Shown here: positions 8,784 to 18,681 of the stretch, one piece after another | Layout of the letters: each line of letters starts with the position of its first letter | Position numbering within the stretch: position 1 is the stretch's first letter | Origin: an uncultured virus (IMG/VR IMGVR_UViG_3300030508_000023) | Lineage: Duplodnaviria > Heunggongvirae > Uroviricota > Caudoviricetes | DNA: 64,000 nt | IMG/VR virus record: IMGVR_UViG_3300030508_000023 | Strand: one strand, 5' to 3' | Notes under the pieces: generated by a model | What the model saw: only the letters and a program-made list of their open reading frames with translations | Told to the model about the DNA's origin: nothing | Databases searched by the model: none | Translations under genes and position numbers: made by a program

Positions 8784-10079
8784 TTAAGCGTCGATATCCG
8801 GCGCTTCGTTCTGGCCCTTCCACATTGCTGTGGTTTGGGGTGCAGACTGATCTGAGGCTGGTTGGTGGAGTGGCTCATCGGAGAAAATTCCGATCACCGC
8901 CTCAATAACCTTTTCCTCATCCTTGGTCTGTCCTGCACCACAGACGGCATTGCCAATGGCAGTGACGGTTGTAGCAAGGGCAAGCCCCTCCTTCGCTCCC
9001 ATCTGGGACTCGATGAATTCTGCCATTTCCTTGGCGGCATACGCCAAGTCTTCTTTTGATTTAATCATTGTTGGTGTGTTTGTTGTTACTTGGACTGAGC
9101 TGGAATTTTTCCCAGATCAGCCAATCGTTTGTTCTCTCGCTCTTCCTCACTAACACTGGCAATAGCCAGCTTTAGCTTGCTTGTGTCCTCTTCCAAGGAC
9201 TCCCTTGCTAATATCAAATACCTCGTTGAGTCATTTGGTAAATTCAAGAGGTGTTTTTTGTTCAGCTCGTTGATGCCAGCTAGTGCAGCCTCGAAATTCT
9301 TCAAGTGCCTATGCATCCTCTCGAGCCTCGACTCTTCTTCTTCTGTTGTTGCCATTTTCCTCCTATAGTGTGAACTTTGATTTACTGTCGTTATCTGGCC
9401 CAAGTAGTTCGTCCATTATTCCCTCTTCTTCGAGGTAACGTATGACGGCCTCCTTGTCCAGCTCGGGTGGGCACTCTACCTCAATGGTATCAGCAAATTC
9501 CAATACCGAGACTACGTGCCCACCCTGATAGATGAAGCGCTTAAGGATCCTCACCTAGCATTTCTCCTGTAATTGGATTTATGAATACAGACTTAGGCAG
9601 TGGTACCCTCAATAGAGAGTAAACCATCGCCTTGCCTTTGTCGGTGAGATAGAACTTCGTTCCCGTTTTGTCCCCCGCCATAGCAGCGATAAGATCCTGT
9701 CCTATTAGCTGATGCGAGGAATGTTTCCATGCCACCTTTTGGGACTCTGAGGGTTCTTCATTGGAATAGTATATATGTAGCAAAAGCTCTATATCAGCTG
9801 GGCTCCATCTTCTATCTTTCATGATCCACCTCCTTCTGAGTACTCATCCCCCCGGTCGCAGAAGTAGTTGTGAGCAGCCTTTAGGTCTCGGACAGTTTTC
9901 TCTGTCTCTGCGATATCCTCCTTGTCCAACTTGGTCTTCCCCTTTGCTTTGGATGCATCCTTGATCCACTCCTCAAGGTCTTCAATCTCTGCCTTTAGCA
10001 AAGCTGCAGTCATTGCTGTTGTATCGAAGAAGTCTGCAAACCTCTCTCCAAAACTTTTTCTTCTTTTCTTTCCACTCAT
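8784..10079 (-). CDS. run of five small hypothetical genes (8784..9068, 9086..~9355, 9363..9554, 9541..9822, 9819..10079)
   Basis: Tightly packed or overlapping minus-strand ORFs with RBSs; no recognisable domains. Confidence 0.6.
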
Positions 10080-10097
10080 CGTTTTTCTCCTTTGTTG

Positions 10098-10313
10098 TTA
10101 TACAACGGCATTTGCCGCGTATTTGGGTTCTAGTGGTCTGTACTCCTCTGGAGGAGCTATCTCGCCACACTTTTCGCACTTCATCTTTGGAATGACGTGC
10201 CTGTGGAAGTGGTGGTCATCATAACCACCGCCTTCCTGCTCGTAACCGCAGTGACATATGTACACTGCTGTAAAATCACGACGATACTGACTCTTGATGT
10301 CTTTTATTTTCAT
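10098..10313 (-). CDS. small zinc-ribbon phage protein
   Basis: RRDFTAVYICHCG...GYDD...IPKMKCEKCG. Confidence 0.75.
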   Translation of the reverse strand: MKIKDIKSQYRRDFTAVYICHCGYEQEGGGYDDHHFHRHVIPKMKCEKCGEIAPPEEYRPLEPKYAANAVV

Positions 10314-10792
10314 TCTGCTATTTCAAAAGGGTCTACCCCTTCTATGAATTCCGGTGTGTACCGACAATATGATATTGGAGGGGTACTGATTAAATAAACA
10401 GGAGTTATCTTGTCTACTGCATACCCAAACAAAAACCCAAGCACTTGCTGGGCCATAGCACAGTTCTTTTCTTCTTTATCTAAATCTGTCGAGAATGGAT
10501 CAATACGGTAAAAACAGTCTTTGAACAATTCAAACACCCAGTCATGTTTATAGATAATAATATCCATAAGCCCCATTTCACTATCAGAAAACCAGTTTCC
10601 TATTCTAGCCTTTACTGGTACATCTAGACGGAATGAGAGTATAGTCTTAAGCTGCTGCTTGAAGTACTTAGACTGATACACATGAATTGGGATAATACAG
10701 TGTGCCATCGCTTTCGCTCCGCCATCCACAGACATTATCATTGCATTTTGAATTACTGTGATTATTGAACTAATTTGATCTCGCTGCTGCAT
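10310..10792 (-). CDS. hypothetical protein
   Basis: 160-aa ORF overlapping both neighbours. Confidence 0.6.
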   Translation of the reverse strand: MQQRDQISSIITVIQNAMIMSVDGGAKAMAHCIIPIHVYQSKYFKQQLKTILSFRLDVPVKARIGNWFSDSEMGLMDIIIYKHDWVFELFKDCFYRIDPFSTDLDKEEKNCAMAQQVLGFLFGYAVDKITPVYLISTPPISYCRYTPEFIEGVDPFEIAE

Positions 10793-11102
10793 CTTGTTCT
10801 TTTAGTTTCTTTGTATGAAAGGAGCTCGATATGTGCCAGTGTGAACAATGCTCACACATGTACACTCTCAGAGCTGATGTATTTCCTTTCTTTGTTCTTA
10901 GTAAGTGATTCTTACTATCATTTGCCCCACCTTCCGATGGATACATTGTTTTTCCCGTAGTTGGGCATTTCTTCTTCTTCTCGAACTTAGGTCCGAGAGA
11001 TTCGATCAGCTCAATGGGGACATCTTTGGGTGGTAGTCCAATTTCCTTTAGGATCTTGTCTACTACCCCATTTGTTGGGCCGAGGCCCTTGACTCCTTTC
11101 AT
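10770..11102 (-). CDS. zinc-finger phage protein
   Basis: CPTTGKTMY...RVYMCEHCSHWHIS. Confidence 0.7.
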   Translation of the reverse strand: MKGVKGLGPTNGVVDKILKEIGLPPKDVPIELIESLGPKFEKKKKCPTTGKTMYPSEGGANDSKNHLLRTKKGNTSALRVYMCEHCSHWHISSSFHTKKLKEQDAAARSN

Positions 11103-11137
11103 AAATTACTCAATTTTAACCAAATTGATTTTTCTCC

Positions 11138-12054
11138 TGTTGATTGTTAAAAATAACCACAAAGCCCCTCCATGCGGAGGGGATGTGATGATTGACTATT
11201 ACACAAGAATCTATTCTGTGTGCCTACCTTTAATTTTTATCAGGACTCCTTTTTTACACCACATTCCACGACAAATAGTCCCTCTGATATTAAGAATTGT
11301 TTCAGCTGCATAGCAAATAGATAGGCAGTATGGGGGGCAAACCTCAAATCAACAGCAAAGCTCTCACGAGATGGAGAATAGATCCTGTAAACCAGCTTCC
11401 CCTCCAAAACATTAAGATTAATAGCCAAGTGCCTCATTACCAGACGCCCCCCGACACCAGCAATAATAAAATCAACCACCCTCGACCAATGCTTGCCAGG
11501 CGCTGAAGCTATCCATCGCTCCCCAGTACCCGAATAAAACTTAATCATAGCAAAAAGCCCTACTTCTTTTTTATATCCACTACGATAAAACCTAAAAGCA
11601 CGAGTAGTATAAAGATTTTCTGCATAAAAACTCTTACGACTTTTTTGTAACTCCTTTAGCTGAATTTTAAAATTTGCAATTCCAGTTGGGGAATTTATGT
11701 AAAACTTTTTGTTGTAAAATTGTTTTATAAAACTAATGCCCTCCCTTAAATATCTTAGTGCAGTACGGTGGGGGAACCCGCAATGCCTATAAACCTCTGA
11801 GATAGGAATTGGCGGCATTTCTCCAAGTCCATACACCATAGACAAAACCGTGGCTTGATTCTTAGATAACTTACATAAGCACATCTTTAAAAAATCCAGC
11901 TCAAGTTTGTCCTCTAGATCTTGCCACGGAGGTGGACAGTTGTCCGCAACACCATGCGCCTTTTCTATTTGTACCACGGTAAAGTTCATTTTCATTTTCC
12001 TTTTTGTTGATTGTTAAAAATAACCACAATGCCCCTCCATACGGAGGGGCTGTG
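11138..12054. repeat. 50-bp direct repeats (11138-11187 and 12005-12054) flanking gene 11240..11995
   Basis: TGTTGATTGTTAAAAATAACCACAA(A/T)GCCCCTCCAT(G/A)CGGAGGGG(A/C)TGTG, 47/50 identical, with a CCCCTCC/GGAGGGG hairpin. Confidence 0.9.
11240..11995 (-). CDS. protein with an N-terminal sigma70 region-4-like HTH and an unknown C-terminal domain
   Basis: LCKLSKNQATVLSMVYGLGEMPPIPISEVYRHCGFPHRTALRYLREGISFIK resembles sigma region 4; no region 2 is visible. Confidence 0.6.
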   Translation of the reverse strand: MKMNFTVVQIEKAHGVADNCPPPWQDLEDKLELDFLKMCLCKLSKNQATVLSMVYGLGEMPPIPISEVYRHCGFPHRTALRYLREGISFIKQFYNKKFYINSPTGIANFKIQLKELQKSRKSFYAENLYTTRAFRFYRSGYKKEVGLFAMIKFYSGTGERWIASAPGKHWSRVVDFIIAGVGGRLVMRHLAINLNVLEGKLVYRIYSPSRESFAVDLRFAPHTAYLFAMQLKQFLISEGLFVVECGVKKES

Positions 12055-12067
12055 TGTATTTAGTTAA

Positions 12068-12688
12068 TTACTCCTCCTTGAGACTGACACCCATCTCATT
12101 AAGCATCCTTACCAACTGCTTTGGTGTTAACCTAGTTGATGCGTAGTGGATGATGACAGACTTGCCATCGATACTGTAGGGAGAGGGATTCCCTGGAGTT
12201 GCATTGCGAATGGCCTTTGCCTTTTGGCTTTCGATCCAAGCTCTTTGGGCAGGGATGTCACGGACCTTATTCCTATCAAATACCTGGCGGCACTGATCGA
12301 ACGTAAGGTTCTCTGCGTCAATCTGCAGGATAGATACTTCATCGTTTTTGCCGACGATTAATACCTCAAGTGGACCACTCAGCAATCGGTCCTGATCACT
12401 CTTCGCAATGCGAGTCATGTATGAACAGGCTGGGTAGTTCACCGTCAATAGGATTGGGTTGAGCTGCTTGCGTCCAATCCTCTCGAGCTGGATGATTACA
12501 TCCTTACCTCCACCAGACTGTTCAGCAACTTCCTGTGCGCTCATCCCAAGATTGTCCATCATATGGACACAGACGTTTCCTGCCTCTGCAAGATTTCTAA
12601 CAGCTTGGGACAGTAATTGCCTAAACTGTGTGATGGCTTTTTGCCGAGCCTCATCCATTGTTTCTGCTACTTCTACTACTTCATTCAT
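12068..12688 (-). CDS. hypothetical protein
   Basis: 206-aa ORF overlapping the upstream stop. Confidence 0.7.
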   Translation of the reverse strand: MNEVVEVAETMDEARQKAITQFRQLLSQAVRNLAEAGNVCVHMMDNLGMSAQEVAEQSGGGKDVIIQLERIGRKQLNPILLTVNYPACSYMTRIAKSDQDRLLSGPLEVLIVGKNDEVSILQIDAENLTFDQCRQVFDRNKVRDIPAQRAWIESQKAKAIRNATPGNPSPYSIDGKSVIIHYASTRLTPKQLVRMLNEMGVSLKEE

Positions 12689-13184
12689 TTCGGTTGTTTG
12701 GTTGTGCCATTTCTGGCGGGTTGTTTTCTGACACTAATGCGCTGGACTGAAAGAATACTTTGACGCATAGCTCTGAGTGTTTTTTAGCTCTAGCCTTGGC
12801 ATTTAAAGCTATTTGATGCTCCCGAGCCCTCTCAGGGTTTTGGGCTCTCCATTTGATTGAGTGCATTTTTTGCATTTCCCGAAACCTCTCAGGATTTTCA
12901 GCCTTAAGCTTGTCGCAGTATCTCCTTCGTCTCTCTCGACGCTCCTTCCGAAGCTTCTCAGGATTTTCAGCTTTCTTTTTTTTCCACCACCTTCTATATG
13001 CCTCCCTTCTCCTCTCTAAGAACTTCTCAGGATCTCTAGCTTTACTTTTTTCGTAATGTACTCGAGCCATCTGGATCATCTCCCGAAATTTCTCGGGATT
13101 TTCAGACTTAAGTTTGTAGTAGCGTTTCCTGGAGTTCTCACTTTTCCTCTCCTTACGCTCTTCCTCAGTAAAAACTTTTCTCAT
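12681..13184 (-). CDS. highly basic ENPEK/ENPER-repeat protein, paralog 2
   Basis: Start MRKVFTEEE (ATGA overlap, GGAGG RBS); near-duplicate of 13181..13600. Confidence 0.75.
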   Translation of the reverse strand: MRKVFTEEERKERKSENSRKRYYKLKSENPEKFREMIQMARVHYEKSKARDPEKFLERRREAYRRWWKKKKAENPEKLRKERRERRRRYCDKLKAENPERFREMQKMHSIKWRAQNPERAREHQIALNAKARAKKHSELCVKVFFQSSALVSENNPPEMAQPNNRNE

Positions 13185-13600
13185 GTTACCTCCGTTGGTT
13201 GAATGTTTCCTGACACTAATAGAGATGATTGGAAGAATACTTTGACACAAAGAGCTGAGTGTTTTTTAGCTCTAGCCTTGGCATTAAAAGCTATTTGATG
13301 CTCACGGGACTTCTCAGGGTTTTGGGCTCTCCATTTGACTGAGTTTATTTTTAGCATTTCCCGAAACCTCTCAGGATTTTCAGCCCTAAGCTTGTCGGAG
13401 TATCTCCTTTGGGACTCTCGAGCTTGCTTCAAAAGCTTCTCAGGGTTTTTAGCCTTAAGCCTGTAGTAGGTCTCTCTCCCTATCTCCCTTCTCCTCTCTA
13501 AAAATTTCTCGGGATTTTCAGCCACCCCTTTGTGGTAGTATCTCCTATAACTCTCTCTTCTCCTCTCCTTACGTTCTTCCTCAGTAAGAACTTTTTTCAT
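13181..13600 (-). CDS. highly basic ENPEK/ENPER-repeat protein, paralog 1
   Basis: MKKVLTEEERKERR..., repeated K(A/S)ENPE(K/R) units. Confidence 0.75.
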   Translation of the reverse strand: MKKVLTEEERKERRRESYRRYYHKGVAENPEKFLERRREIGRETYYRLKAKNPEKLLKQARESQRRYSDKLRAENPERFREMLKINSVKWRAQNPEKSREHQIAFNAKARAKKHSALCVKVFFQSSLLVSGNIQPTEVT

Positions 13601-13736
13601 GTTACCTCCGTTGGTTGAATTTTACGGATGGATAAAGAATCCATTCCATTACATTATGGCGAAAACAAGCCCTCTTTTGACCCACCCATAAATGCACACT
13701 AGCGCACAGCTAGTATCTAAAGAAAACACTAAAGGA

Positions 13737-15167
13737 CTATACCTTTAGGAGCGACGCTGCACCAACAGGAGCAGGGATAGCATTGTGCTCAGGGATCTTA
13801 TTGCCCCTAGGGAATGCAACAACCGACTGGCTCATCTGGATAGCATTGATGTACTCAGGCTTTCCAGTGCGCTTGTTCATTACTGGGAAGTAGATGTTTC
13901 CATCACTTCCTTTTTTAGCTACTGAGGAGTAGCGCTGATCGACACCAATGTTCTTGGACTCAGAGGATCTAATAGGATCCAGCACCATTGCTTGAGATGG
14001 GGACACTGCCCTACTGGACATCGGCACCGCATCCATTGAAGTAATAGCTCCCTCACCTGTCTGCACAACTCTCTTCTGGTAGTCGTAGATCTCCATAGGA
14101 TTAATCCCAGAGATGTGGTTGCTCAAGCTATTGCCGACAATTAATCCATCTAGTTGCGGAGTAAAGTATCCAGGACGAATTCCCTTCAATGTCCTATTGT
14201 AAGTAGAGCGATGCAGAAGTGTCCTTGCTAGTTGGCCGGCATCCTTCTTAACCCTTTCTTCAAAGAGATCCTCTGGGCCCATGAAGTTCTTGTTGGCCAT
14301 GCTATCACGGTCATCCTCCTCCTCAAGCCCCTTATTGATGTTGAGCAGCTTCTGGCTAGCCCTAAGAATCAACCTAGGACTAAGGTTCTTATCAGCGACG
14401 CCAAGCGTCCTTTGAGTAACCTCAGGATCAACCTCACCTCTGCCAAGCTCTTCGAGGAGCTCTTTCTTTTTTTGCTTGTCGTCTGCGCCAGGCGTTGCCT
14501 TTCGGCCCATGAGTTTATCATAGAATTTGCCAAATGACTTGTCGTCATCATGGCTCTTATTGGCGTCCAAAAGTTGTGGACCCCAATACTTCATAATCTC
14601 CCCATCATCCATACCCATTCCCTTAAGGACTGGATATAGCTTAATGCGGCTTTTACCGATCATGACTCTATAAACACCAGTATCTGGCTCCATAAAAAGT
14701 CGCATTCCTTGGCCCGTGCCGCTAATTGTATTTATGTGACTTTCTATTTCGCCACTGTCTTTGCGCCTAGCGTAGATACCTGGCTTCAGGCGTTGTTGTC
14801 CAGCCACAAGGCTGTACTCACTACCCCCGTTGATAAAAGTCCCCCTGTGGGTCATCCAGGGCACCCTAGAAACCACCCCCTTAAATTCATCAAGCTTCTG
14901 ACCGGTTAGCTTGTCGTGCAAAGTAATTGTCCCACTAATGGGTACAGATAGCTTACCTCCTGTTAGGAGTGCTTTCTTTTCGTCGTGCACACCATATGGC
15001 TTCTTCTGGTCGTAGTGCAGATCCTTGGCACTAATAACAACCTTTTCATTCTCCATGGGGAACTTAGCCTGATAGGCACCAAGAGTCCTGTCCAGAATGT
15101 CCTGCCTCAGCCCCTCTGGATCGTCAAACCCACGGAGGGTAACTCCTTTGGGGGATGGGATGTCCAC
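13737..15167 (-). CDS. rpoB: DNA-directed RNA polymerase beta subunit, N-terminal half
   Basis: VPWMTHRGTFINGGSEY...QQRLKPGIY, DDRDSMANK, GINPME, SRAVSPSQ...DPIRSSESKNIGV correspond to bacterial RpoB GTFIING, DDIDHLGNR, QTNPL and CPIETPEGPNIGL. Confidence 0.92.
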   Translation of the reverse strand: MDIPSPKGVTLRGFDDPEGLRQDILDRTLGAYQAKFPMENEKVVISAKDLHYDQKKPYGVHDEKKALLTGGKLSVPISGTITLHDKLTGQKLDEFKGVVSRVPWMTHRGTFINGGSEYSLVAGQQRLKPGIYARRKDSGEIESHINTISGTGQGMRLFMEPDTGVYRVMIGKSRIKLYPVLKGMGMDDGEIMKYWGPQLLDANKSHDDDKSFGKFYDKLMGRKATPGADDKQKKKELLEELGRGEVDPEVTQRTLGVADKNLSPRLILRASQKLLNINKGLEEEDDRDSMANKNFMGPEDLFEERVKKDAGQLARTLLHRSTYNRTLKGIRPGYFTPQLDGLIVGNSLSNHISGINPMEIYDYQKRVVQTGEGAITSMDAVPMSSRAVSPSQAMVLDPIRSSESKNIGVDQRYSSVAKKGSDGNIYFPVMNKRTGKPEYINAIQMSQSVVAFPRGNKIPEHNAIPAPVGAASLLKV

Positions 15168-16201
15168 TATTGTGTATTTGCTCCGAGAGCAAAGCTCTTG
15201 AGGATTTGTTCTTTGTGCTTCTCGAGAGCAGCAAGGGCTTGGGGATCAAGTGCGTCAAGTTGGACATCTCCACCATTAGTCTGCAGAACAGTAGTCTGTG
15301 GGCTAATCTCAGTCACATCTCTATCCGAGAAGATTGGGCGCTTGTGGGGATTTGTTTCAGTTGGGTCTGCTCCCACAGCGGGTTCGGGTTTGTGCCCCTT
15401 ACCCATAAGAGAGGCGGCGATAGCCCCCTCAAGGATTCCACCCTCTTCTCCAGCCATCTTTGGTTGATTCGGGTCTGAGAGCTGGTCGGGCTGTTGAGGT
15501 GCAGACACAATCTTAACATACTGTGGAGTCTTCTGCATCTTTTTAGCCTCTTCGTCCTCAATGGCGCGATCAACGTCCTTCTGGCGACTGTAGTAGTATT
15601 GATGGGCAGCAACTGCAGCCAGTAGAGCTGGTACAGTAGAAAGTGAGGCAAACATCGTGCCGGCAGTAGGCTGGCTAACTGCTGTCTTTTTAAGAATGTT
15701 GAGAGCAGCTTCCTTGCGAGTAGGCTCAACTGGAGCATCCTTAATCTGCTCAGTTACAGCCAAAAGTATTCCATCAAGTGTCGGATATTCAGAAGCCTGC
15801 TTGGGAGCGAGTTCCTGACCAAGATACCCAGCATACTGTTTCTTAACCGAACCAAGCTCATCATCCATCTGCTTCTGTCGGTACTTCTTCAGGATAGAGT
15901 CAATAACTGCATATCCAGCACCACCAGCAGCCATAGCAGAACCAACGACAAGAGGGGCATCCCATGCGTACTGTCCAAAAGATGGTCCGGCAGTTTTCTG
16001 AGGGATCTGAATGACCAGAGTGTTATCCTTCTTCTGAGCGTCCTGCTGATCAACGGCATTGCTATGAAGAGACATCAAGTGAGACACAGCTGCAAGACCA
16101 GCTCCAGTTGCAAAGGCTGGAGGTCCAAATCGCATAAGTCGATCCTTGATGAGATCCAGCGTCAAGCCAGGGACTATAGTGTCAGCAGAAAGTTTGTTCA
16201 T
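15167..16201 (-). CDS. putative internal virion protein with Gly/Ala-rich hydrophobic helices
   Basis: 344 aa with multiple K-x-A motifs; coupled to the beta-N gene (TAATG-like overlap). Confidence 0.55.
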   Translation of the reverse strand: MNKLSADTIVPGLTLDLIKDRLMRFGPPAFATGAGLAAVSHLMSLHSNAVDQQDAQKKDNTLVIQIPQKTAGPSFGQYAWDAPLVVGSAMAAGGAGYAVIDSILKKYRQKQMDDELGSVKKQYAGYLGQELAPKQASEYPTLDGILLAVTEQIKDAPVEPTRKEAALNILKKTAVSQPTAGTMFASLSTVPALLAAVAAHQYYYSRQKDVDRAIEDEEAKKMQKTPQYVKIVSAPQQPDQLSDPNQPKMAGEEGGILEGAIAASLMGKGHKPEPAVGADPTETNPHKRPIFSDRDVTEISPQTTVLQTNGGDVQLDALDPQALAALEKHKEQILKSFALGANTQ

Positions 16202-16240
16202 GGTTACAGTATAAGAAAACTACTAGAGCAAGTCTATCAC

Positions 16241-16792
16241 TTACTTCTGCGTCTCGGAAGCTTTTTTGACCACATTATATCCAGTACCCTTCCTAACCAC
16301 ATAATCCACAGGCTTAGTGGTTTTAACCACAACAATGGCTCTATATCCAAGAGGGGCCTTTTCGTCTATGTGGACAGTAGGGTCCTTTAGTGGTTCTGCT
16401 AACTTAATGCCAGACTCTGGATCAAATGCCTTATCTATGATTTGCTCATACCTATCTAGATCATCTTTGTTGGTGAGATCAAATACATAGATCTTGTTCT
16501 TGGTGAGTTTTATCTTTTGCTCAACAGGATCCTTCCTTTTAATAAACTCTTGCTGAGCAGACTCACCAGCAAATCCAGCACCAGTAAATGTCTGATCCTT
16601 GGATACTTTGTTTTTGGGGTCTACCTGACCTGTAAACTCTTGGGCAAAAGATGTTGGCTTGTGCCCCATAACAACCCTCAAGGATTCCATCACGTCATCT
16701 GGGACGAGATCATCCAGTGGATTAGGGACTGGCTCTTTTGGGGGTAGTGCTGGATTTGGGGCCGCAGCGGCCTTAGTAGATTTTCTTGGCAT
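16241..16792 (-). CDS. hypothetical protein
   Basis: 183-aa ORF in the structural block. Confidence 0.7.
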   Translation of the reverse strand: MPRKSTKAAAAPNPALPPKEPVPNPLDDLVPDDVMESLRVVMGHKPTSFAQEFTGQVDPKNKVSKDQTFTGAGFAGESAQQEFIKRKDPVEQKIKLTKNKIYVFDLTNKDDLDRYEQIIDKAFDPESGIKLAEPLKDPTVHIDEKAPLGYRAIVVVKTTKPVDYVVRKGTGYNVVKKASETQK

Positions 16793-16803
16793 TGTTCAGT
16801 GGA

Positions 16804-17169
16804 TTACACAGCGCCGTCACTGGCTTGCTGGTTACCATTGAATATCTGCTGATCCTGAGCGTTTGCAAGCATTTTTTTGTACGTATCTACTTTTGCTCTT
16901 GTTGCTCTCATCTGAGGGGACTCTGACTCATCAGCTGTCTGTTCCATCTTGTGACGAAGCATAGCGGAACCAACTCCAAGTCCAGCTCCACTAGCGATGC
17001 CAAGCATCATCAGCTCTTTAGAGATGTCCACTCCACCCTGAATAAAACCCTCTGCTGTTTTAGGAGAGAGTCCAAACTCGCTCATAGCCTTACAAAATCC
17101 AAGCTTAACCGCCTGGAATGCTTGTTCGGTGTCGTCTCCTTTGATAATTAGTTCTGCAATCTTGTCCAT
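16804..17169 (-). CDS. putative virion protein with glycine-zipper helix
   Basis: MDKIA start; GIASGAGLGVGS segment. Confidence 0.55.
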   Translation of the reverse strand: MDKIAELIIKGDDTEQAFQAVKLGFCKAMSEFGLSPKTAEGFIQGGVDISKELMMLGIASGAGLGVGSAMLRHKMEQTADESESPQMRATRAKVDTYKKMLANAQDQQIFNGNQQASDGAV

Positions 17170-17199
17170 TGTTTGATTATAGTTAGTTTTTAAAAAGTT

Positions 17200-18681
17200 T
17201 CAATAGGTCATATACCCATCATTGTTCCAGATAGGTCCAGAGTTATTGTTCCCCATGCTGCTGCCTAGTGCACCACCAATAGCCATAGAAGCAATTGTTC
17301 CAGCTCCACCAAATCCCATACACTTAGACAGAACATATCCAGAAAGCATTCCTAGGCCAAGATTTTCAATCCTACTGACAGATGTCTGTCCACCAGAAGA
17401 GTTCATTGCTGTACGGGCTTGCTGAAGCAGAATGTTCCTGTCCCCAGGAGTAAGACTCGGGTCAGCACCAAGAATTCCCTGAAGTGAAATTAGATCAACG
17501 GTCTGGTTTGCCTCCTTCTCCATCTTCTCTTTCAAGCTGTGCTCGATAGCAGACTCTTGTGCATACGCTCCGTGAGCATCTGCATGGGTTCCAAGAACTC
17601 TCTTCCCATCCTTTGTGTACAACTTCCACTTGCCATCCTCTTTCCTGATGATGGCAGACTTGGTTAATTCCTCCTCGTCAGAACCTATCTTGTCTGGAGT
17701 AGGAGCAGCATTGACAACGTCTAGTGTCGTTGGATACTTAGAATAAGAGGATGGGATCTGGGGCATAACCCCAGGTTTCCATCCATTAGCATAGATCTTC
17801 CTGTCTTGTGGAGACAATCCAGATGTATTCCCAAGAGCATGATACAAACCTGAGATGCCAGCACCACCAGCACCACCAAGGAACATGTCGCTAGCAAGAG
17901 CGTTGTGATTCTGTCCAAAGAGCCTCTGGATGATATTCCTCAGCCCCATCACCCCAGCCCCAATGCCTCCAGCAATTCCAACTGACTTCAACATACTCCC
18001 GTTGTCATCAGTCCCACCAAGTGGGTATAGGAGCTTCTCTGGGGCCGGCACAATAGACTTTAACTTATCTTCGTATCCAGAAGCTACTGTAGGGATGTTG
18101 CTACCCTGTAGGTTTGAGCCAAGATTCTGACTCTCTTGATTAGCCAATCCCTGTATTGATGTTAGGTCAAACGCCTTTTTCTTGTGTGTGTCCATAATAG
18201 AACTCACAAAAGTGTCCACATCGTGCTCGGGGTTCTTTCGAGGAACAATGTGCCAATCTTCTTCGTTGTCCGAAGCTTTGGCTATGTCGAAAGTTGTATT
18301 GGTCTTGCCAGTCTGGAATGTACCGGTAATCTTACCTGAATCAGCTTTGTGTATCTGTGCCCTTCCCTTTGTGGAGTTTCCTCCCACTCCAAAGTCTTGA
18401 GATTCTGAATCTGGCAATCTTTTTGCCTTAATAGGAGCTCCCTCTTTCTCTGGCTTCTCCAGGCGGAAATTGACAGCTCTATTGTCCAGCAAGAATGATA
18501 GGATGCGTCTCTTGTCACTATCCTCAGTCATTGCATAGTCCCACATCTTGGACTTGTCGATCTTAGGGATGCCACTAAAGCTCTGTCTCGACCCCTGCAT
18601 CGGAGAAACGACAAATGACCCCATATTGACTGGGGCCAGGAGAGATCCTACATCTTTGTCGCTTAGGAGGGGGCTTGGCAT
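17200..18681 (-). CDS. putative internal virion protein with glycine-zipper segments
   Basis: 493 aa with several GxxxG tracts, K-x-A motifs and a small IRKEDGKWKLYTKDGKRVLGTH module. Confidence 0.55.
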   Translation of the reverse strand: MPSPLLSDKDVGSLLAPVNMGSFVVSPMQGSRQSFSGIPKIDKSKMWDYAMTEDSDKRRILSFLLDNRAVNFRLEKPEKEGAPIKAKRLPDSESQDFGVGGNSTKGRAQIHKADSGKITGTFQTGKTNTTFDIAKASDNEEDWHIVPRKNPEHDVDTFVSSIMDTHKKKAFDLTSIQGLANQESQNLGSNLQGSNIPTVASGYEDKLKSIVPAPEKLLYPLGGTDDNGSMLKSVGIAGGIGAGVMGLRNIIQRLFGQNHNALASDMFLGGAGGAGISGLYHALGNTSGLSPQDRKIYANGWKPGVMPQIPSSYSKYPTTLDVVNAAPTPDKIGSDEEELTKSAIIRKEDGKWKLYTKDGKRVLGTHADAHGAYAQESAIEHSLKEKMEKEANQTVDLISLQGILGADPSLTPGDRNILLQQARTAMNSSGGQTSVSRIENLGLGMLSGYVLSKCMGFGGAGTIASMAIGGALGSSMGNNNSGPIWNNDGYMTY

